A DNA stretch of 64,000 nucleotides. Source: an uncultured Muribaculaceae bacterium (GTDB taxonomy: Bacteria > Bacteroidota > Bacteroidia > Bacteroidales > UBA932). This document shows, piece after piece, positions 58,922 through 64,000 of the stretch (positions are counted from its first letter, which is position 1; the number at the start of each line of letters is the position of its first letter). Location: assembly GCA_964450725.1 (NCBI GenBank), contig CAYVGO010000005.1:5416-69415 (forward strand). Reading direction: 5' to 3'. Both the position numbers and the translations under genes were made by a program. The notes beneath the pieces were generated by a model. The model was given only the letters and a program-made list of their open reading frames with translations. It had not been told where the DNA came from and did not search any database.

Positions 58922-61900
58922 ATGAGTTTATCATCCATATCTATCAAGCGACCCGTACTGACATTAGTCATGAATACGTTCTTCATTATTGTCGGCATGA
59001 TTGGTTTTATCTACTTGGGAGTACGGGATTACCCAAGCGTTGACCCTCCTATCATTACGGTTTCTACTACTTATGTAGGAGCGAGTGCGGATGTTATAGA
59101 ATCTCAGATTACAGAGCCTTTGGAATCTGCCGTCAACGGTATTCCGGGCATACGGTCAATGTCAAGTACAAGTCAGGATGGTCGAAGTACTATCACTCTT
59201 GAGTTTAATTTAGATATTCCTTTAGAAACTGCTGCCAATGACGTACGCGATAAAGTGTCGGGAGCGATGAGAAGGCTTCCTCAAGAAGTTGACCCGCCTG
59301 TGGTTGCCAAAGCAGATGCCAACGCGCAGCCGATTTTTGGATTGAGCGTAAGTAGTAATACAATTTCTATTCTTGACGTCAGTACTTATGCCGACAGTTA
59401 TATCAAAGAACGATTACAAACTATTCCCGGAGTAAGTTCTGTCGAAATCTGGGGTGAAAAAAAAATGGCCATTCGGCTAAAAATGGATCCTTTACGGCTG
59501 GCAGCCTACCGTTTAACCCCAAATGATGTAAGTAACGCCATTACAAGAGATAATGTAGAGTTACCCTCAGGGCGTATTGAAGGTACAAATACTGAATTGA
59601 GCGTCCGGACATTGGGACGATTACAAACTATTGATGACTTTAATAACCTGATTATTACCCAGTCTGACAATAAAATTATCCGTTTCAAAGACATTGGTAC
59701 AGCCGTTATTGAAGCAGAAAATGTAAGGTCAATATTAAAGCAGGAAGGAAAAGTAATGGTCAACTGTGTAATCATTCCTCAACCCGGAGCAAATTATATT
59801 GATATTGTTGATAAGGTAAAAGAAGTATTACCTGATATTCAAAAATCACTACCTAAAGGAATAGACGCAAAAGTAACTTTTGATGATACAATCTTTATCA
59901 GAAAATCAATTGATGAAGTACAAGAAACTATTTTTATTGCTTTTGGACTGGTTGTACTTATTATTTTTATCTTTTTGCGAAACTGGCGAACGACGCTCAT
60001 TCCCATCCTCACTATTCCTATTTCTCTTGTAGGAACATTTTTTATGATGTACATCTTCGGATTTTCCATCAATATTCTTACATTACTTGCCGTCGTACTT
60101 TCTATTGGATTGGTGGTTGATGATGCTATTGTAATGATGGAAAATATTTATCAAAAGATGGAATCCGGACTTCCTCCGTTACAGGCCGGATTAAAAGGTT
60201 CTCAGGAAATTTACTTTGCCGTATTGGCAACCACAGTTACATTAGTGGCCGTATTTTTTCCCATTGTTTTTTTACAAGGTACCACAGGAAGATTGTTTAG
60301 AGAGTTTAGTCTTGTGATTGCAGGTGCAGTCTGCGTTTCTTCTTTTGTAGCACTGAGTTTAACTCCCATGTTATCCAGTAAAATTCTTAAGAAAAAAGAT
60401 AGACCTTCTTGGTTTTACCGTGTTACCGAGCCTGCTTTTGTATGGATAAATCAAAAGTACCGAAACGGATTATTGTGGTTTATGAAATACCGATGGATTA
60501 CTCCTGTCTTTTTAGTGATAACATTAGTAACAACTATCTATTTGTGGGGAGTTATTCCTACAGAAATGGCTCCTATTGAAGACAGATCATCTCTACGGAT
60601 ACAATCTACGGCTACCGAAGGAACATCATTTCAATATATGGATAACTACAACACAGAACTCAACAATTATCTGATGGAAGCCGTACCCGAAAAAGAATTG
60701 ATGTTTTCTTTGATAGGACGTGGAAATACAAACTCTTCATTTATCAACATGGTGCTCAAAGACCCTGATGATAGAAAACGAACTCAACAACAAATTGCCG
60801 AAACATTAGCTCCGGAATTAAGAAGATTTTCAGGTGCAAAAACAATGGTCATTCAACGGCAAACTTTTGGCGGAAGAAGGGGAGGATTACCGGTAGAATA
60901 TGTTATTCAGGCCAAGAACTTGGAAGATCTCAAAGTAGCATTACCAAAGTTTATGGACAAAGTAGCACAAAGTCCTGTTTTCTCTGCTTTTGACCTTAAC
61001 CTGAAGTTTACAAAACCCGAACTTACGGTCAAAATTAATAGAGATAAGGCTGCTTTACTTGGAGTATCTATTCAAGACATTTCTCGGGCATTACAACTCA
61101 CCATGAGTGACCAGCGTGTAGGATATTATGTGCTGAATGGTAAACAATATCAAATTATCAGTCAACTTGACCAGCAAAACAGAAATAAACCCACAGACTT
61201 AGACAACATTTATGTCCGAAACAGTAACGGAATACTCATAGGACTTAACAATTTAGTAGAGATAACCGAAAATTCTACCCCTCCTCAACTCTACCGTTAT
61301 AACAGATTTGTTTCTGCTACCGTATCTGCCAATCCTGCAAAAGGTAAAACGTTAGGGGAAGGCATTGATGAAATGGATAAGATTGCGGAAGAGGTTTTAG
61401 ATGATAATTTTAAAACTACGCTCTCCGGAAGTTCTAAAGATTTTGTTGAAAGTTCATCAAGTCTGATGTTTGTATTTCTATTGGCGTTAGTCTTCATCTA
61501 TCTTATTTTATCTGCACAGTTTGAAAGTTTTCGAGACCCTTTCATCATTATGCTTACCGTTCCGCTGGCATTGATAGGCGCATTATCGGCAATGGCAATG
61601 TTTCATCAAACCATGAATATTTTTAGCCAAATTGCCATGATTATGCTCATTGGGTTGGTAACCAAAAACGGTATTTTAATTGTAGAGTTTGCCAACCAGA
61701 AAAAACATCAGGGAACTCCTCTGAAAGAAGCGATTACTGAAGCTGCCATATCACGTTTCCGCCCTATTTTAATGACCAGTCTATCTACCATTCTCGGAAT
61801 TTTTCCGATGGCATTAGCCACCGGAGCAGGGTCTGAAAGTAGAATTGCTATGGGAATTACGGTTGTTGGTGGAATGTTGTTTGCTACGATACTCACCTTG

Positions 61901-61972
61901 TTTATTATTCCCGCAATTTATACTTACTTGTCTTCTTCAAAAGTAAAGAAAATCCAAGAAGATAACCATTGA
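58922..61972 (+). CDS. RND efflux permease (AcrB/HAE1-like)
   Basis: 1016 aa; SISIKRPVLT N-terminus; 12 TM with two large loops; VVDDAIVMMENI. Confidence 0.93.
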   Translation: MSLSSISIKRPVLTLVMNTFFIIVGMIGFIYLGVRDYPSVDPPIITVSTTYVGASADVIESQITEPLESAVNGIPGIRSMSSTSQDGRSTITLEFNLDIPLETAANDVRDKVSGAMRRLPQEVDPPVVAKADANAQPIFGLSVSSNTISILDVSTYADSYIKERLQTIPGVSSVEIWGEKKMAIRLKMDPLRLAAYRLTPNDVSNAITRDNVELPSGRIEGTNTELSVRTLGRLQTIDDFNNLIITQSDNKIIRFKDIGTAVIEAENVRSILKQEGKVMVNCVIIPQPGANYIDIVDKVKEVLPDIQKSLPKGIDAKVTFDDTIFIRKSIDEVQETIFIAFGLVVLIIFIFLRNWRTTLIPILTIPISLVGTFFMMYIFGFSINILTLLAVVLSIGLVVDDAIVMMENIYQKMESGLPPLQAGLKGSQEIYFAVLATTVTLVAVFFPIVFLQGTTGRLFREFSLVIAGAVCVSSFVALSLTPMLSSKILKKKDRPSWFYRVTEPAFVWINQKYRNGLLWFMKYRWITPVFLVITLVTTIYLWGVIPTEMAPIEDRSSLRIQSTATEGTSFQYMDNYNTELNNYLMEAVPEKELMFSLIGRGNTNSSFINMVLKDPDDRKRTQQQIAETLAPELRRFSGAKTMVIQRQTFGGRRGGLPVEYVIQAKNLEDLKVALPKFMDKVAQSPVFSAFDLNLKFTKPELTVKINRDKAALLGVSIQDISRALQLTMSDQRVGYYVLNGKQYQIISQLDQQNRNKPTDLDNIYVRNSNGILIGLNNLVEITENSTPPQLYRYNRFVSATVSANPAKGKTLGEGIDEMDKIAEEVLDDNFKTTLSGSSKDFVESSSSLMFVFLLALVFIYLILSAQFESFRDPFIIMLTVPLALIGALSAMAMFHQTMNIFSQIAMIMLIGLVTKNGILIVEFANQKKHQGTPLKEAITEAAISRFRPILMTSLSTILGIFPMALATGAGSESRIAMGITVVGGMLFATILTLFIIPAIYTYLSSSKVKKIQEDNH

Positions 61973-62097
61973 AAATTACGATTTAGTATTAAAGACAATA
62001 GTATTAATCCTAAAGAACTCTGTACTATTTGTCTCACCTTGTTGGGCTAAATACAATACCTTTAACATATATAGTCATATCTTCAAGTATATAGTTT

Positions 62098-62391
62098 CAA
62101 AAAACTTTTTTGTGGCTTGCAGTAATCCTGCAAATAACAAAAATCCTTTTTTACGGCTTGCGGGAACTCCGCAAATGACAAAAACCTTTTTTTACGGCTT
62201 GCGGGAACTCCGCAAATGACAAAAACCTTTTTTTACGGCTTGCGGGAACTCCGCAAATGACAAAAACCTTTTTTACGGCTTGCGGGAACTCCGCAAATGA
62301 CAAAAACTCTTTTTTGTGGCTTGCGGGAACTCCGCAAATGACAAAAACTCTTTTTTGTGGCTTGCTCTAACAGAGCAAATGCTAAAACTCT
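62098..62391. repeat. Seven tandem 40-41-bp units (plus a partial eighth), each carrying a 6-bp/5-nt-loop dyad
   Basis: Units start at 62098, 62138, 62179, 62220, 62261, 62301 and 62342. Core is CAAAAAC(C/T)T6-7(AC/GT)GGC-TTGCGG-GAACT-CCGCAA-ATGA; the terminal units carry TTGCAG/CTGCAA and TTGCTC/GAGCAA. Confidence 0.95.
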
Positions 62392-62406
62392 AATGCGCAA
62401 TTTGGG

Positions 62407-62820
62407 TTAAACAGACTTTGCTAATCCGTTTGCCATATTTTCATAACTTGGCAATACTTCCAAGAAAGAAATAGTTTGGTCGTCAACCTTACAACATAGT
62501 GTTTGTTGGGTATTGGTTGCCATTAAAAAAGGAACTTGGAGAATAATATTGTAACGGGCTAATTGGTATAGAACATCTTGATGGATAGGAATGTGTTTGG
62601 CTTTGCACTCTACCAACAATAACGGTTGAAAGTCAGGATTATAAACCAAAATATCGTATCTATACAAATTATCGTTCCACTTGATACTTCCTTCTACGGC
62701 AATTTTTGCTGTTGGTACTTGCAGTTGCTGCTGCAAATAAAGCAAAACCGATTGCCGTACGCGCTCTTCAGGAGTAAGAATAATGGATTTTCGGCGAAAA
62801 GGGTCAAAGAAGGTGGTCAT
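62407..62820 (-). CDS. HsdR_N-like (type I restriction enzyme R N-terminal domain family) small PD-(D/E)XK protein
   Basis: 137 aa from ATG 62820 (the track start 62838 is TTG); ILTPEERVRQ...YDILVY...LLLVECK matches the D...ExK nuclease-fold pattern. Confidence 0.7.
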   Translation of the reverse strand: MTTFFDPFRRKSIILTPEERVRQSVLLYLQQQLQVPTAKIAVEGSIKWNDNLYRYDILVYNPDFQPLLLVECKAKHIPIHQDVLYQLARYNIILQVPFLMATNTQQTLCCKVDDQTISFLEVLPSYENMANGLAKSV

Positions 62821-62834
62821 TACATTCAGGGTTC

Positions 62835-63551
62835 TCAATTGTCGTTGATTGAATTGAATTCTATCTCTCCAATGGAACGATCAACTAATTGTAATTGCGG
62901 ACGGCCTACCACAATTCCCATTTCCACTGTACATCTCAAATAATATTTTCTTCCGTGTTCAATCGTAATTGGAACATCGGATGTTGCTTCTGTCTTTGCC
63001 CAAAGAACATTCAGTCCTTTTTGTGTAATCCAGATTTCTTGCTTCGTATTATTTTTTGCTCTCCAAATTACCGAGTCTCCTAAATGAACATCATAATTGA
63101 TCAATAAACCCGGACCCTTAGGTCTATACACATAAAGTTTTGCATAATCCCAACTTTTGTCAATAGCCGGATGGTTAGTTGATTTTAACTTATTCAACTC
63201 CTGAATATTTTCAACGTTTATAATCTGTGCTGTGATTCTGTCACATGTGCTGCCCATCACGCTTGGAGGAGTGTGTTTGGTTATTTTCAAAACATTTCCA
63301 CCTGATTTTCTTGCTTCTTCTTTTGCTTTTTCAATGACCACATCCCAACCGCAATTTACAGAGAAACCTGTATCTCCAACTTTAACAGTTCCTATTACTG
63401 TGGCCGATGCCGGAACTTGGTCTTGAAGTCCAAGAACTACTACTTCTTCTTCGTAATCTAAGGGTGGTAAAGCTTCTATTAATTTAGTTGTTACTCTTGC
63501 CGAACAAGCTGCAAGGAAAATAGTTATAAGTCCAAAAAATATTTTTTTCAT
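62835..63551 (-). CDS. Hypothetical lipoprotein (C-terminal DUF2846-like region)
   Basis: 238 aa; lipobox IFLAACSA; no confident family assignment. Confidence 0.65.
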   Translation of the reverse strand: MKKIFFGLITIFLAACSARVTTKLIEALPPLDYEEEVVVLGLQDQVPASATVIGTVKVGDTGFSVNCGWDVVIEKAKEEARKSGGNVLKITKHTPPSVMGSTCDRITAQIINVENIQELNKLKSTNHPAIDKSWDYAKLYVYRPKGPGLLINYDVHLGDSVIWRAKNNTKQEIWITQKGLNVLWAKTEATSDVPITIEHGRKYYLRCTVEMGIVVGRPQLQLVDRSIGEIEFNSINDN

Positions 63552-63704
63552 CTTATTGTTGCTTTGTATTGTCTGTTAATGTTTTGTACGAATATATGAA
63601 CTGGTGGTGAATAAATTTAAATCTTGAATGCAACTTTACTTATTAGGATATTGTTTTAAGTAAGTAATTTCCTTTCTTGTTTCAACTGTCTCATACCTAT
63701 AAAA

Positions 63705-64000
63705 TCATCGCTTGGGACAATCAATAGAATAGTGTAATCCTCGACTTTCGCGTAGGGCTTTGGCTTCTTTGATAATTAAATATCCTACTTGAATAATATT
63801 TCTTAATTCACAAAGTGGTAAGGTTACTGTAGAGCGGCGATAAAGTTGTTCGGTTTCCTGATACAAAATATGTAATCGGTGAAATGCCCGTTCCAAGCGT
63901 AAATTTGATCGAACAATACCTACATAATAACTCATCAATTGCTGTACTTCTTTGTAACTTTGAGTAATTAAAACCATTTCTTCTGCTTGCGATGTACCGT
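63705..64000 (-). CDS. nadB: L-aspartate oxidase, C-terminal fragment (continues beyond right edge)
   Basis: C-terminus ...YLIIKEAKALRESRGLHYSIDCPKR; frame open from 63977 to base 64000. Confidence 0.8.
   Translation of the reverse strand, partial: GTSQAEEMVLITQSYKEVQQLMSYYVGIVRSNLRLERAFHRLHILYQETEQLYRRSTVTLPLCELRNIIQVGYLIIKEAKALRESRGLHYSIDCPKR

Noticed and set aside
62098-62391. Possible CRISPR array (regular ~41-bp periodicity with palindromic cores)
   Set aside because: The entire 41-bp unit repeats, so there are no unique spacers. The units are too short for repeat plus spacer, and there are no cas genes in the window. It is a tandem repeat.

Overview
AT-rich Bacteroidota (Bacteroidales-like) chromosomal window; the taxon is inferred from SusC/SusD genes, TAnnTTTG promoter boxes and protein similarity, with no search run. 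It is mostly core genome. The minus strand from 11.0 to 24.3 kb carries the classical supercluster tRNA-Thr/Tyr/Gly/Thr-tuf, tRNA-Trp-secE-nusG-rplKAJL-rpoBC. Other housekeeping genes are panC, tsaD, gyrA, glyA and a partial nadB. Accessory content: (1) a surface protein of at least 1145 aa (lectin, beta-helix and Listeria-Bacteroides repeats) that runs off the left edge and is absent from the supplied ORF track; (2) a CoA-disulfide-reductase-rhodanese fusion with an exported rhodanese; (3) a YgbA-like gene next to a Crp/Fnr regulator; (4) an MFS sugar transporter; (5) an acyl-CoA carboxyltransferase with a 76-aa biotin carrier; (6) a 7TM-HD protein, an orphan histidine kinase and a TPR protein; (7) a GH53-led SusC/SusD locus with a divergent hybrid two-component sensor, predicted to target beta-1,4-galactan; (8) a PHP phosphoesterase and a Kelch-type mutarotase; (9) an Rpn-family nuclease, a DUF1573 protein and a DUF5606-like protein; (10) an RND pump without an outer-membrane factor; (11) a small HsdR_N-like PD-(D/E)XK protein with a lipoprotein. 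I saw no rRNA, CRISPR array, IS element, prophage or recognisable defence operon, and no convincing multi-gene protein-coding candidate for a new system. The least explained signals are three non-coding periodic dyad/hairpin arrays: 4 x 23 bp at 3866-3953, 22-bp phased repeats plus a perfect 26-bp inverted repeat at 27551-27669, and 7 x 41 bp with compensatory stem changes at 62098-62391. Several track ORFs begin at TTG and over-extend the N-terminus; I give ATG starts where a signal peptide or a TAnnTTTG box supports them. All domain calls come from reading motifs by eye, with no database search.
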